This document shows positions 39,131-53,189 of a stretch of DNA of 64,000 bases, piece after piece (position 1 is the stretch's first letter; the number at the start of each line of letters is the position of its first letter). The notes beneath the pieces are model-generated. The model was not told the origin of the DNA, did not search any database, and saw only the letters and a program-made list of their open reading frames with translations. The position numbers and the translations under genes were made by a program. The stretch comes from Lama guanicoe (Eukaryota): positions 5,135,220-5,199,219 of the forward strand of contig MU054323.1 of the NCBI GenBank assembly GCA_013239625.1, given 5' to 3'.

Positions 39131-40307
39131 ACTTACATCTATTTTACAATTTTTCTAGTGTATACAAGATAATTTCACATTTAGAATAACACATTTGTTA
39201 TTCTAAATAGCCTACTTGTTATTCTAAATGTTTTTAAGAAACAAAGAAGACCAGAAAAGATGTTCAAGGAAAGAGTTATTATGTTCTTCTTATCAGGTAA
39301 AAATACCTGACTTGGGTAATAGAAATAATTAATTCACCGGTGGTCACGAATTCTTCTTTAACTGGATCAACTTAGGTTATATCCTGTGGCAAATCACTTC
39401 CTGTTTCTAAGCTTCAGTTTATTCCTTGGCAAAAGAAGAGGGTTCAATTAGATAATCCCTGAAACTCTTTGAGAGTCTGTGATTATTAAAAATATTTTGT
39501 ACACACACATAACTTATTTCTATTGGTTTAGATTCTCTTAATCTTTCTCCTACTGAAATTGTAAGCAACTATATCCTGATCCTTAGATGATGGAAAATTA
39601 TGTTTCCTGTTTCGTTATCATAATGTTAAGATATGGTTAAGTAGGAGGGTCCAAAACAAAACTTGTGAAGCCCATCTCCACCGACCTAGGCAGACAGTAA
39701 AGAGTAGAGTCACATGGAGGGTCCAGGAATCGATGTGTCTGTGGCTCAGAAACTGTTGCGTGACATGAAAAGAGAAGCAGAGGAACTGGGGCCAGAAGAA
39801 TGCTGGCAGCGTAAGTTGTGTGACTGTATATTAAATCCTACAAATAGGGGCCTTTGGGGAATGAAGGAGGACTTACAAATAATTATGCTAAAACAGTAGG
39901 TAAAATGAGCCTGTCCAAGGAAGAGCAGGGCTTATGGTTGTCACAACATCAGTTCTAGGGTTTGGAAAAATGATTGTATCCTCTCTGAATCAGACCTAAG
40001 AAGAAAGGTGGTAGGATACAATTGGGTCACAAAGGCTGTCCATGGGAGACATTTGAGAAAGGTTTGTAGGCAGCTAAGAATGTGCCATCCTCACAGCAAA
40101 CTAGAGATCAGTTTAAATTCCCAATGACGTTGGGAATTCTGGATTCTATTTCATGATCATATGGAGGCGTGCCTGCTTGAGCATAATTCACACTTCTGGG
40201 AAATTTTGAGGAACCCAAGAATCTTGTGTATCATATGACCATACTTCATTAGGTCATAAAAATCATCCTTACCCTTAACAGTGGTTATGGGTTATCCAGT
40301 GTGTAAC

Positions 40308-40399
40308 CTGGATGACCAAACATTCTGGTTTGAGAACTTTCCTAGGATACGAGATTCTCAGTGCTACAACCAGGCACACCGGCATGGTTGGTCACCCTA
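40308..40399 (-). mobile_element. MER81-like hAT (Blackjack) MITE
   Basis: Terminal inverted repeat 'ggttggtcacccta' with degenerate partner 'ctggatgaccaa'; internal 'tcagtgctacaacc'. Confidence 0.65.
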
Positions 40400-40449
40400 C
40401 CTGCCGATCAGGACCTCTCAAAGATACTCAGTTCATTTCCCCACTAGCC

Positions 40450-40944
40450 CTTCCTTCCTTCCTTCTATCCTTCCTTCCTTCCTCCCTCCCTCCCTTCCTT
40501 TTTTTCCTTTTTATTGAAGTTACTTGGTTTACAATGCTGTGTCAGTTTCTGATGTGCAGCATAATGTTGCAGCCATACATATACATACACATATATTCCT
40601 TTGCATATTCTTTCTCATTATAGGTTACTACAACATACTGAACAAAATTCTGTGCTATACAGTAGAAACTTTTTATAGTTACTATCTGCAAATCTCAAAC
40701 TCCTCATTTATCCCTTCCCACAGCCTTTGCCCACTGGCAGCTGTAAGTTTGTTTTCTATGTCTGTGAGTTTGCTTATGTTTTATAAATAAGTTCATTTGT
40801 GTCATTTTTTTAGATTTCTCTTATCACTGATATCATATGGTATTTTTCTTTCTCTTTTGGGCTGACTTCATTAGTATGACAATCTCCATGTCCATCCATG
40901 TTGCTGCAAATGGCCATATTTTATTCTTTTTTATGGCTGAATAG
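40450..40944 (-). mobile_element. 5'-truncated L1 3' end with a (TTCC)n-converted tail
   Basis: Homologous to the 12527 L1 ('atatggtatttttctttctct', 'catccatgttgctgcaaatggc'); degenerate TSD tccccactagcc (40438-40449) / tcccctctatcc (40945-40956). Confidence 0.9.
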
Positions 40945-41014
40945 TCCCCTCTATCCATTTCTATACTGTGATATTTGTGTCTTCTAAACTGTGTCTAATG
41001 TGTGAGTTGAATAT

Positions 41015-41398
41015 TGTTACCAACTGAATTGTGTTCCTCCAAAATGTGTATGTTGAAGTCCTAATCCCCAGGACCTCAGATATGACTGCATTTGGAAATA
41101 GGGTCTTTAAGGAGGTGACTAAGGTGAAATAGGGTCATATGGGTGGGGCTCTATTCCAATCTGGCTGGTGTCCTCATAAGAAGAGGAGACACGAGGGGCA
41201 CGCAGAAAGAAGGCCATGTGAGGACATCAGAAGAAGACAGCCATTTACAAGCCAAGAGGAAAGTGTCGGAAGAAATCAATCAGCTTTGCCAACACCTTCA
41301 TCTTGGACATCTAGTCCCCACAATTGTGAGAAAGTAAATTTCCGTTAAGTCCTCCAGTCTTTGAACATTTGTTATGGCAGCCTTAGGAAACTGATGCA
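41015..41398 (+). mobile_element. Full-length solo MaLR LTR (MLT1B-like) with a 5-bp TSD
   Basis: TG...CA termini, 'atgttgaagtcctaatcccca', 'ggtgtcctcataagaagaggaga', 'tttgttatggcagcc'; AATAT at 41010-41014 and 41399-41403. Confidence 0.9.
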
Positions 41399-43587
41399 AA
41401 TATACCATAAAAGTGATTTTGTCCTTGATCTCATTTACCAGGAAACTTGAAAATCTAAGTTCTCTAGAGAAATGGATTTCCTGGTTTTTGACAATGTGGT
41501 AATCCATCTTGTTTCAATGTACTTTTTTTTTCCCCAGGAATTTGTGCACTAGGAGTAGCTATCCAAATTTTTCAGATTTTTTAAAAATTGCATTTCATTT
41601 CTCTTTCATTAAGAAACCCATCATGATTTGCATTCTGTCCATCTGTCCAAGTTCACTTCATCTCTCTGAGGAGCTGACCTGTCTCTTTGTGTTTAGCACA
41701 CATAATTATTTTTGATGTCCATGTTAGATCAAGTTTAATTATCAGGTGGCCAGTCATCCCCAATGGCTTAGTTATTTCAAGTTTACTTATTTGGAATACA
41801 TTGTTATTTAACAACCCATCAGGTCTGAAATTATCCCAGTTAGAGCCTGTCATTTAAGCCTTTACAAATCATACCCACATTTCATTAAGGTTTTGTTCAC
41901 TAATTACTAAGGATACTATGAAAAGGCAAACTAATATTTTGAACATAATTAGCATTATACTCACAAAATACCTTTTTTCTTTATTGAGAAGGCTTTAATC
42001 TTTTTATTTTTCCTTTAATATTTAAAACTTGTAGTGAAATAGAAACAGAAGTTCTTGGTCTCAGGAGATGAGAGAATCCCTTACTTTACTGAGAACCGTC
42101 AGACCCAGGCCCAGGTAACTAGTGACTAGGGCTGATATGAGTTTTAGTCTCTGCTTCCACAACTGGCCCCTGAGGTCTCCTCAACAGGTGGGCTGATGTC
42201 AGGCGTTCACTCCTGAAATTCATACCCGTTCTTCTTCTCCCAGTGCATCATTTGTAATAAGAGAGACTTCTCTTCCTTTCTTTATTATGAGAATATTCCC
42301 TGAAAAGGTCATGGACTCAGACAAATACTTTTTCATGTATAAAAATGGGGCAACAGAGGCTTCCATTACTTAAATATATTTTTCAAAAAAAAATTAGAAG
42401 GGGCTTAAACTTTGGGTTGACTGGTTTCTTAGATGGGCTTGAATTCCCTCTCTGGGTTGTTTAGATTGTACAGACCTGATGGAGTTCAACCAGTGCCCAG
42501 AACAGCACTTGGCACACAGTAGGCCCTTAGTGAACACTTTCTGAATCAACTTATCTGCCATTTTAAGAACAATTACTCTAAGAGGGTGATTTGGCAAAGG
42601 AGACCATCAAGGTTAGATGTCACATGTATTCTGAACTCGGCAAGTGGAAATGAAGTATGAATAACAGTCAGATGGCCAAGAGGGAGGAGCATGCTCACTT
42701 GCCTAGGAAGGACACCACTGCATGAGATGAGGCCAGGGGAACAGACTGAAGGAAGAGACCTGTGGGCAGCTAAAAGTAAGCAGGCAGAGCGTTTGGGAAC
42801 CTTGAGGGTGCAAGCAACCAAACTCAGGAGAATCGATGCCTTTTGAGCATGTCCATTTAGGGCTCAGCTTTGATGCAAGTTGCCATCAAAAGATGGCACA
42901 GGCACAGCTAGCCCTGAGCATCTCAGCCTGTTCCAAGGAGCCAGGACTTGAGGCCTGTCTTGGAGACATTTGTGATGGTGGGGTCATTGCTTCTGGTGCA
43001 GGCTTAGGTATTAGGGCCTTTTGATTGAAAGCAGTGAGAGAGAAAAATATAAACATGATCTAACCTTGAATTTCCCCTTGAGCTCTTCAAGACAACATGC
43101 TGATTTTGTGCAGGAGAACATTTACAATCACAAGACATTCTTCTTCAAACTCGGAAAATACATTCTCTTCCATATTTTAAAATTTATCTCACTCCATAAT
43201 GGCTTGGCATCATCTACTGGGATTTCCTATACTTTCAATTTTGTTTTTGTTTTTACTTTATTTTTTTCTTGAAATTTGATTTTTCTTTATGCTTTGCATA
43301 TTTATTTATAAGATCATTTTCATGATATATAATTCACACTACAGTAAAAGATAGAATAAATGGTCTTAAATGGAAATGAAAATCTCCCATATATCAAATT
43401 TGTTCTGGTGAATAATTTTATTATCAGTGCTCTACTTTATGAATTATATTTTATTTATAGCAAAGTTTGCCTTAAAATCACTCAGTCAATTGAAAGACAT
43501 CTTGTTGGCATATGTGCTTTCTCTTCTGATGTCTCCTGAAGCCAGAAAACCTGCTAATGGTTAACCATCTTTATTTCTTTTAAAATG

Positions 43588-44070
43588 GGTATCAGTTAGG
43601 ATTACATTTGGCTACAAGAAAAAAAAAAGCTCCAGAAAACAATGGCTCAAATAAGACAACAATCATTTTTCTCTTCAGTAAAAATAAGCTCAGTGGTGTC
43701 CAGGGTCAGCATTAGTTGCCAGTATGGACTCAGGCTGCTCCTAGCCTGGCACTAGGCTGCAGCATTGGTCCTCATGCCCCAAGCTGAACGCGAGAGCTCA
43801 GGACCACATCCACAGCAGATAGATGAAGAGAGAAAGAAAAGCACGCCATTTCTCTCTGCCTTCTAAGGGGAGGTCCCTGAAATCAATCCTATGTAACATT
43901 TCTACTTCCATCTTATTTACAAAAATTGGTCTCAGGACCACACCTACATTCAAGGGAGGTTCGGAAACACAGTTTTGGGTAAACACATAGGCAGCCAGGA
44001 AAAAATCAACGTTACATTTCAGGGAAAATCAGGAGAAGAGATTTTGAGAGGCAATTGATAGTTTCAGATA
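43588..44070 (-). mobile_element. MaLR LTR (MLT1J/K-like)
   Basis: 'gtatcagttaggattacatttggctaca', 'acaatggctcaaataagac', 'catttctacttccatcttatt', 'ggaccacaccta'. Confidence 0.7.
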
Positions 44071-44349
44071 CAGGAAATTTAAAGAGATGTCTGTTGTCAT
44101 TCGGAAGTCATCTTGAATGACAAGGGCAATGCCAGCTGATGAAACGCAAGCCAAAGTAAGAGAAGCAGGCAGCTATATGCATAATAAATAACATCTGATG
44201 GAAAAAGATGAATGATGAAGTAATGTCTCCCAAATAACAAATCTTTGACTTGACCCTATTCTGTTTCAAGAAGTCCATGACCACCCCTCACCCTCTGATT
44301 GTTAAATGCCATGAGGTCTGGCTGAAATTTGACTGGCATTGGAATCAAT

Positions 44350-45050
44350 AGCTATTAGTCTGGTCACAGTTCTTTCCATATTGCTAGGTGACCTTGAGTT
44401 ATGTACTTTTATTGACACTGGGTTTCCTCGCTTATAAAACAGGCATAATAAAATACGTATTCATTGATCTACTCATTCATTCAACAGATATTTATTGATT
44501 GGTTATTAGGTACTAGCTCTGCGCTGGATACTAAAAAGAGGTAAACAAAACACAGTGCATGCTCTCCTGGAGCAGAGAAGATAAATATTTAAAATAATGC
44601 CCCCATAAATACATTTTTTTTGCAAATTATTATAAAGGAAATGCAGGGTGCTATAAAATATAATGGGAGTCTTTAACTCACAAGGCTTTCATAAAGGCAA
44701 TATACAAAATGTAACTGTCATGGTGCCCGATAGCTAATGAGTGTTCAATGGATGTTTGTTCTTCCTCTACTTTCTTTAAATTGGAGAAGTAAAAACAAAT
44801 GCAAGTAATAAAGCACAGGATTATCTCTATGGCGATAAGAACTGACAATACTGTACTGCATTCAATTGTTTTCAGTGTATTCAGTTGAAGGATGTGTAAA
44901 TGGAGGAGAAAAGGGAGTCAAGAAGGATTTGAAATAGAATGCTACATTTAAACCAGGTCTTTAAGAACGAGGAGGATTGATTCAAGAAGAAGGAAAGGAG
45001 AGGAATTTTCAAGAGAAGGGACAGCTTGAGATGCTCCAGTCTGAGTGTGT
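44350..45050. mobile_element. Cluster of MIR (+) and L2 (-) fragments
   Basis: MIR 'gtgaccttgagttatgtac...ggtttcctcgcttataaaac'; antisense L2 tail 'ttcattcattcaacagatatttattga'. Confidence 0.6.
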
Positions 45051-47759
45051 CCTCTACCTCCCTCCACAGAAATGGGAAACCCATGACACGGGTCCTCCCT
45101 CCAACTTCCTCAACCTCCATCACTTCTTCCTGTGCTTTTTTCTCATCCTATAAGGAATTAATGCCCTCAGATATCTCACTCCAGTTCTCTTTTCAGAAAA
45201 AAAAAATCTGATTGAATCCATTCACACTGTGAAGTACACAATACACCAACTTGAAAACTCTTTAGTGGAACAGTCGAATAATGAGAGTTACAAAATCCAA
45301 AGTCAATGCTATTTTAAAATTAAGCACTGAAAACATCAAACTAATTATAAGCTAAACATTAGTACTTTATTTGTTTATTCTTTCCTAAAAGCATTGCAAA
45401 CCTCGTGTCCTATTTAGAGTGAAACATAAGACACACATATCAACTGAATAAAAATTAGACAGTTCAATTACAATTATAGAACCAATAAAATGTTGAAACT
45501 ATTACCTACAATGATTAAACCTAATCTCTTAGCACTAAACTAAGTAGTTTTGGGGAATGAGTATGTGGTTGCATATCGTTTTTTAAAAATTATAAGAATT
45601 AAGAAGCATTAAATAATTTATTAAATCAAAGTTCCTATCTAGAGGGCCCATTTTGCAAGAAGAAATAAGGGAAAAGCACACATAAAAAGAAGGTGTTTAT
45701 CCACCCACATACGATACAGTAGCCTAAACAAATAGGTGTGAAAATGCAATAGAAATGGACAATACTCAAATGAAAGGAGGAAAGTCAAAACCAGGAACGG
45801 GTTCTGAGCTGGATGTCAGAGGAGTGGTGTAGGAAGCAAAGGACTAGTGTGTGAAAAAAATAAAGTAAAATTCCAGGTCATGTTCAGCTGAGATTAGTTA
45901 AAGAGCTGCAAAGGCTGTGGAATTTGAAACATGAGCAAGAAGCTGAAGAGATGTTTGGAAAGTCACAGGCCTTTCTCTGTGCCCCAGAAATCATGTTTCC
46001 ATTGATCTTCTCCCCCTGTGAGACTGTGAGCAGCACCACGGTATAAACCCGTGTCCTTGCCTACCTTCCCCATTAGATTTTAAGAAGATGTTCACACGCA
46101 TCAGGTGAACGTGTACGTGATGCAGAATACAGCAGGCACCCAGCGGCCCTGGGCAGGTGTCTGTTACACCTGCGCTCCACTTACTTGCAGCCCACTGCCT
46201 CAGTGCGGAAACTTAGTACATGTTATTTCAGATGATCCTCAGGAATTTGAACTGGGTTACTTGTAGCAACCAATTTATTAAGTGATGTAAGAGTCCCTTA
46301 ACTGAGCACGTACTGGACACAGAGAAAAATATTCATCACTATCACTACATCCTACAGATTCCACGAAACTGTGGATTTCATGTGGCGCATTCCAGAATGC
46401 AAACTGCTGCTTGACCAGAGGCATTTTTCCCCTATCTTGCTTGTTGGCTGAAACTTTACTAATTCAGCTTATTAGTGAGAAAAACACATTGTGATAAAAT
46501 ATTTCCCCAGGCCAAGGACAACTGAGCATAATCACCACTTCTAGGAAATCTTTGTCTTCTTCCAGACACTCCTGGAAGGTCCTTATAGAGATCAGAATAA
46601 ATAGTTATTTTTAAAAATTTGAAAAAATCCTGGAGAAAATCAAAAAGGACAGTGCTGATAGTGCAATGAACGTTTAGGTAGTGAGGGATGAAAAGAAATA
46701 TATAAAGTAGTTTTTCTAAAACAAACTGAAGGGAACATAATCTAATTATGATATAGCCTACAATCGTACCTGATAGGTGGTTTAGAACTCCTTGATATCT
46801 ATTAATTCCTGTACAAATACAATTTCACTTATTTATATAGTTAGTGATTTGATTTATATAAAATTGGGTTTACTTTATTCCTCTTTATCTGTTTCCTTCC
46901 ATTTCTGAGGGAACCATCTGGGCTGAGTACAGTAATTCATTAGGACAAAAATGATGATGATTTTGACGAAATGAAATAGCATATCCTAATTAGGATTCTT
47001 TGTCAGGATACTTTTATATACTACCCACTAATTATTGGTTACTTTCTTTAAAATATATTATCCAGAAATTATATTTGCAGGATGCTATGATGTTGTACAG
47101 GCAGCACCAGCAATCTCTTATTTACCTCTTCTTTGAAATCATTTGGGTTTGGGTGTCTTATTTCGGTCATATTCCAGAAACACATCGTTTTCTTAATTGG
47201 CATGCTAGTATTCCTGGCACCATTCCTGCATTCAAAACCATATTTGTTTTTCATGTCTGAGGTTTCTATTTTTATATACATCAGATCTGATAACTGATTT
47301 TGTGTTTTGCTATTATCTCGTACATTCTGCTCAGTTTTGTTAGGCATCTCTAAAACAGGTTTTTAATCTTATTTTTTTAATCTCTTTCTTATTTTTTTCT
47401 CTTTAAGTAACTTCATTTTGAATAAAATGATTGTCATTGAATTTTCTCTGCTAGTATTATCATTCAAATATTCTTGAATTTTAACTTGCATTAATTTTTA
47501 AAGTATATCAGGTTAATGAATTATTTATGGCTTACTTTTTTGCTGGGAGCATCATTTTCACAGATTATCGAGCCATTCCATGATGAACCTATAGTGAATT
47601 TATCATTTATGGGCACTATGACTCTAGCCTGAGTGATATTCTCAGCAGTGGGCTTGAATTCCCTGCTAAAGGACAGCTACCTTGGTTAGAAGAAGGCTTT
47701 AAAAAGTCTGGAAAAAATTAACCAAGGATTTCTGAAATATCAGCAGGCTGCTTACTATC

Positions 47760-48260
47760 ATTGAACTCTACCAGCATCAGTATCACCTGATACAAACAAA
47801 TGCTCACATTGACAAATCACAGAGTATTCACAAGGACACGGGTGTAAATTAAACCTTAAAGAGAATATCAATTTGCAAAAGAAAAATATTTTGTAGCACT
47901 AAAGAGTAACAGTTCAAGAATGGATGGATCAGAGCTAACTTCCACCTTGGAAAGATTTTCTACACTATATCCAAGATGATTTTAGAGATTCTCTGAAATC
48001 TATCCTAAAGATACAAAAGAAGGCTTTGGCAGTATTCAACAAGAGAAAGCAATGCATTTTTACAAACAAAAAAAAATATGCACTAGAACAATTAGCACAA
48101 TCTTTGGAAGCATCAAAAAGAACAATAAGAAATAAAGAAAAACAGTAGAAAGAATAAAGGAAAATACCAAACATTAAGTCATGGAGAAAAGAATGTGGGT
48201 GTCTAACTTATGAATAATACAAATTCTTAAAAAAAAGAGAGAGAACAAAAACTACAGAAT
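47760..48260 (+). mobile_element. Ancient L1/HAL1 ORF1-region remnant
   Basis: Very A-rich; ends 'gtctaacttatgaataatacaaattcttaaaaaaaagagagagaacaaaaac', resembling the L1 ORF1 NIRIIGIPE region. Confidence 0.45.
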
Positions 48261-49399
48261 AATAATAATAACTAATTATTTAAGTGTTCTCTGCATCATT
48301 TTTGTAAAGGAGTTCAGGGAAAATACAAAGGCATCATAGAGTTGGCTTTTACATTAAATAACATGGCTGTTCCAGCTGTCTTTGGCGTTTATATTGTTCT
48401 CATGCACCTCTTATTAAGGCTACTTTTATACATTTTACATTTTTGTTGTTAATGTGTGTAAAATATCTATTTCCTTTTTTCTTCTAGTAGATTATTGCTT
48501 TGGAACATGTATCTTATGAACTTCCTGAAATACTAAACCCCTTGCAAAACACAGCACATCTCTAGCTCATTCTTTTACAGTAATTGAACATATTGTGCTA
48601 CTCAAATCTTTCTTTAGATATTTATCCTCATTAGCTTTTCCATGTTTTATTCTTACAATTAAAATTTTAAAAAGAATTCACAAGAATAATGAGACTAGAA
48701 ATGATTTTTGTATCTATTTGCAAAAGGAATGCTTAGGACTTTTCTCTGCAAGTAAAAGAAGGGATTCGTGATTTAACATACATCAACTTTATCACCTGAC
48801 ATAAGTAATGTATATTTCAACACGAATTTTTGTTGTCAAGAGTGGTTAAACTTTATCAAATTATTTTGCATTGGAATGTGTTTTTCCCTTTTTCAGCTTA
48901 CTAATTATTAGTATATTAGTAGATTAGAGATTTTTATAATTTACTATTTTGTATTTGAAGTATTTTAGAAATTGAGCACAGTCCCGTGGAAACCCAATAG
49001 GCATTTTTACTTGCTTATCTTTATCTTGTTTTTCATGAATGGATAAAACAAATTTTATTTCTATTTGGAAGAGAGAATCAGATGAGAATATAACAATGAA
49101 AGAAGGTAGTCATCTTTAAGCATTTATTTTAAGTGTAATAAATACTAAAATTTATTATGAAAAATAAAAGTGCATAACAAACAAAAAAAAATGACAGTAA
49201 GAGAAATTAGAATCAAAACTGGCTGATGAAAAATAACTGAAACAGTAAGAAATACCTTAATAAAATTGGATACAATTAAATAAGAAAATCTTGTTATGAA
49301 ACTGCTACCAATCCAAAGAATTCTCTAGGATTTGAGTTATTTATTTTTCTCTGAAAGAACTGCAATATTCTTACTAGTTAAAGGAATTTATTATTTTTA

Positions 49400-49423
49400 T
49401 TGTTATTATTATTATTATTATTA
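49400..49423. repeat. (TTA)n microsatellite
   Basis: ttattattattattattatta. Confidence 0.85.
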
Positions 49424-51544
49424 ATTCTGTAAGCTTGTTTTTGTATGTTCATGTGTGCTGTGTTTTCCTTCGTGTTGGGGGTGATACGTGTGTGTGTTTG
49501 AGAGACAGAATGAGAGCTCGCATCTATGTGGATGGCATTCTGGATTCCTAACAAAACTGCCCGCTCCTATCAGTGTTCATATTTTTGAAGCTCTTGCAGA
49601 AACTGAGGTTCTAATTTATACTGAAAGCTTGACTTGTTGTTTGTTAAGTGTCCCTAGTCTCACTGATCTCCATCTCCAACGTTATCTTCCCGAGAGAATA
49701 TCCTCTTGTACTAACTTGGCGTACTCTGAAATGTACACATTAGCAGTTTGTTCCAAAAGGAAATAAGCATTTATCTATTTGGAGTAAACCAGACACATAG
49801 AGTTTTCTGGATCATTTGCATCATTTGTTCCTGTTTGAGGATGGTGTCTAAGAGCTGGAAACACGGCCACTCACTAAGCATAACAGTAATAGAGTAACCG
49901 TGAAAACAAGGCGGGGTGGGGGACAGACAAAGGTACTGTGAGTAAACATATGTCCATTAAGGGCTGATGAAACCTGAGGGTGGGTGATGGGGGCTGAGAG
50001 GGCAAGGAATGTCTCTGGTAGATGTGGGTTTGTGCCATACTATATTGTACAAAGTAATTGAAGGGTTTGCAAAACTAGGGAGAGAAAAGCACTGAAAGTT
50101 ACCCTGTTCCATACTTTCTCTTCATTGAAAGGGAGATTTTCCTTTCAAATTTACTTACTTATTTGTAAAAGATATTTTGGAGGAGATAAGAGTGGAAAAT
50201 TAGATCAAGGAAATAGAAACACTGGAGGAAATCTAGACAAAGCAGGGATAAAGCAAACAGTAAGAACAACCAGTCCCCAAAGAAGGGAGAAAGAGTTGGC
50301 TGTGAACTGAACACTCCAGAGCTGGGAAACACACGTCAAATGTAGGTCAGTTAGGTAGTAGGTTAAAAGGTAATCGTTGCTACGGAAAAAAATTAGATCA
50401 GGCTAAAGGAGAATGAGAATGCCAAGAATAGGGATACAATTCAAATGGAGCGTTCAAGGAAGATCCCATTGGGAAGGATAGGTTGTGTTAAGCCATAAAA
50501 ATGTTGAGGGAGTGAAGTGTACAATTATCCAAGGAAATGTACTTAACTGTCTTTTCAGGATGTAAGTTTCCAAAGTAAAATGTATCAATTAAAATAACTG
50601 TTATACTTAAAAAACAGAATGTGTTTTCTGAAAGAAAACATTTTTTAAAAGTCACAGTAAAGACTTACTAAAATCTGTCTTAAACCTCTTTCCTTGGGCA
50701 AATTCATGCATTTTCTCATTTACGTGATGGGCTTTTAAATAAGAGCTACCATTCAGGTGGATGATGCATGAAAGCACTCTCCTCATAAGGCTTGGTGCAC
50801 AGTGCATGAAAGGGAGGTGTCCATTCACACAACAAATATTTACACGATGACAATAATGACTATGAATCAAAATAATTCTATTCTGTTCATGACAAATCGA
50901 CCTTTTTCCTTTTCAGTAGACAGATTTTAAATAGCATTAGACGTCCTAACATGACCATCACCTAACCAGATCCATTATCTTGTCATGTTTTAATGTATCA
51001 TCCAGGAATTTATCATTAATTATTTAAATTTATTTTAATTCTAATTTTGCTCCAATTCAGATACAGACATTATCATCCACTCTGAAGGGACCCATTCATT
51101 AATTCATTGATTTAATCTGGCTCTATTCATTCTACCAATACTGGTCAAGCGACCTCTACCTCAACTGACCCCTTCGTGGCTCATACCAAGTAACCATCCT
51201 GGAGTCTCTAATCTGTTCCATCCTCCATTTTTCTGGAAATGATTGTCCTCACTCTTCTAGTATGGAAGATTAGATTGCCAAGGATGACTGGTCCAGTAGA
51301 TAAAGACCCTATGACCTGGCCTTGGAACTGCGTGGCAAACTCCTGCCATGCCCTGCTAGTCAGTCTCTAGCTCACCCGGATTCAAGAGAAGGGCAATTTT
51401 ACCCCTTCCTGATAGTACAGTATCAGAGATTTTCCAGGCCATGTTGTAAAACTCCCAACCCTATCTCTGGCCATAAATTATTTATGTTCTCTCACATACA
51501 AAATACACTCACCCCCGAGCACTGTGGAGCTCTCGGCACAGCAT

Positions 51545-52202
51545 GACTCCATTCAGACTTCTGCATTAAGAGAGGACCAAGCCTAAGGCTGTGTCCTGAG
51601 ATGACCGCACCTTCCATTAAAGCGCCTGCCCGGGAAAGCAGCACGCAGCTGTGTCCCTAGGATGACCCCAGCCCTCCCTCCGAGCGCCTGCTTTTGAAAG
51701 CTCAAGGCTGCCAAGAGGACTTACTGTTTGTCCTAGCCAACACCTGAAGGTGCAGCCCCAACCTCGCTTTCTCACAGCATCTATTGTAAAAGGCTTACAG
51801 TGGTGAATCCTTCCCGTCTTCCTCTGAGACGCATACGCGTCTCTCACAACTCAGGAGTGTCCTTCTCACGGACCTTAAAAGAAGCGGCTCCTTTGAAACG
51901 TGAACTTCAGGAAGGACAGGGCCTCTGTCTCTCAGTCTCTGTGGGAGGACAGAGTCCTCACTTCAGTAGCTGCAAGCTTAGCAGGGACGGCTGGCCTAAT
52001 CACATTTACAGTGAGCAACCCACTGAAGGTTTCCACTTGAGCCCCTGCTCTCTCCTCCTCCCCCTCACTGTCCCTTTCAAACATCCCATCACATCTGCAC
52101 GCAGGGGAACGGAGCCCCGCTCTTCTCCCTAACGGCAGCAGTGACTGAATAAAATCTGTTTTCGCCACTTTAATTAACGTACAGCTTTGTTTATTTTTGC
52201 CA
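51545..52202 (+). mobile_element. ERV1-class solo LTR (MER67/MER89-like)
   Basis: 'gaaagctcaaggctgccaagaggacttactgtttgtcctagccaacacctga'; poly-A signal and U5 'aataaaatctgttttcgccactttaattaacgtacagctttgtttatttttgcca'. Confidence 0.7.
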
Positions 52203-53189
52203 TCCCTCCTCCAAGACCCCAAAGTCTCATCCTATTACAAACTTTACGATCTTGTGATTTAAATGAGGTCTAGGTACAGTGAGGCATTTAGTACTGTCTC
52301 TCTCCATTTGAAGAACTGTAAACTAAAAGGAAAAAAAATCATCTTATGCATTCACACCCAGAATACAACAGCGGGGCAGACCCAGATAATTGTTGTTGAC
52401 AGTCTATGGTATGCACGCAGCCGTCTCTTGTTCACAGCAGCTCTAACATTCTGCTGGGCACATGTCTGTTCCTGGAATAAGGTGCAGTCCTCCACCCAGG
52501 AAGCTACTTGCTGTGACGCTTAGTTCTACATCTTGGATTCTTGGTTTTATCCTTTGGGCCAACATTTCTTTTCTTTTCATAAGAAATAGCCTAAGTTTAC
52601 AAGCAAGTAGATTTCTCTGCCTGCTTCCAGTGTGTCAAAGGTTGACAGGGGTGGTATCTAAAGTCTTCTTTCTCATCCTGTACTTTGTCTCTTCTGACCC
52701 AAACTGATTCTAAAAGTACCCCTAAAAACTCTGTGGATATTTAATGTATCCATTTATAATCCACTCCATCAAACAAAAAAAAATTCCTATCTACAATTCT
52801 CATAAAGATAAGTCCTTCTCTCACCTTGGGCTTCTTATGAGGCAATTGTGGTGTAATGCCTTTCAAGTTCTTCGAAAGTCTGTTGTTAAGAGAGGCTAAG
52901 CAAGAGATGTCCTAAAGATCCTTAGGAGGCCATTTATTTAATTGAAAGGGTTGATGAAATCTTTTTATCAAATCTTTCTGAGGTTCTAACAAAGGACTTA
53001 ACAGTTACATCTTTGCTTTCTCTTTATCCTGAGGTATATGTCTAATATCACTCTCAGTTTTATTTTTCCCTTTGGTCCTGACTTTGAAAAAAAAAATTGG
53101 ACCCTTAGGGACTTCCTGATTCCAGTCTGGCAGGTAAGAATAAGGAAAGTCACCATCCACCCTAATAGTGAGTAGAAAGTTTAGCAAAT

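Noticed and set aside
6879..49821. Multiple octamer (ATTTGCAT/ATGCAAAT), AP-1 and STAT (TTCCnGGAA) motifs
   Set aside because: Short motifs scattered at roughly chance frequency for AT-rich 64 kb, some inside repeats.
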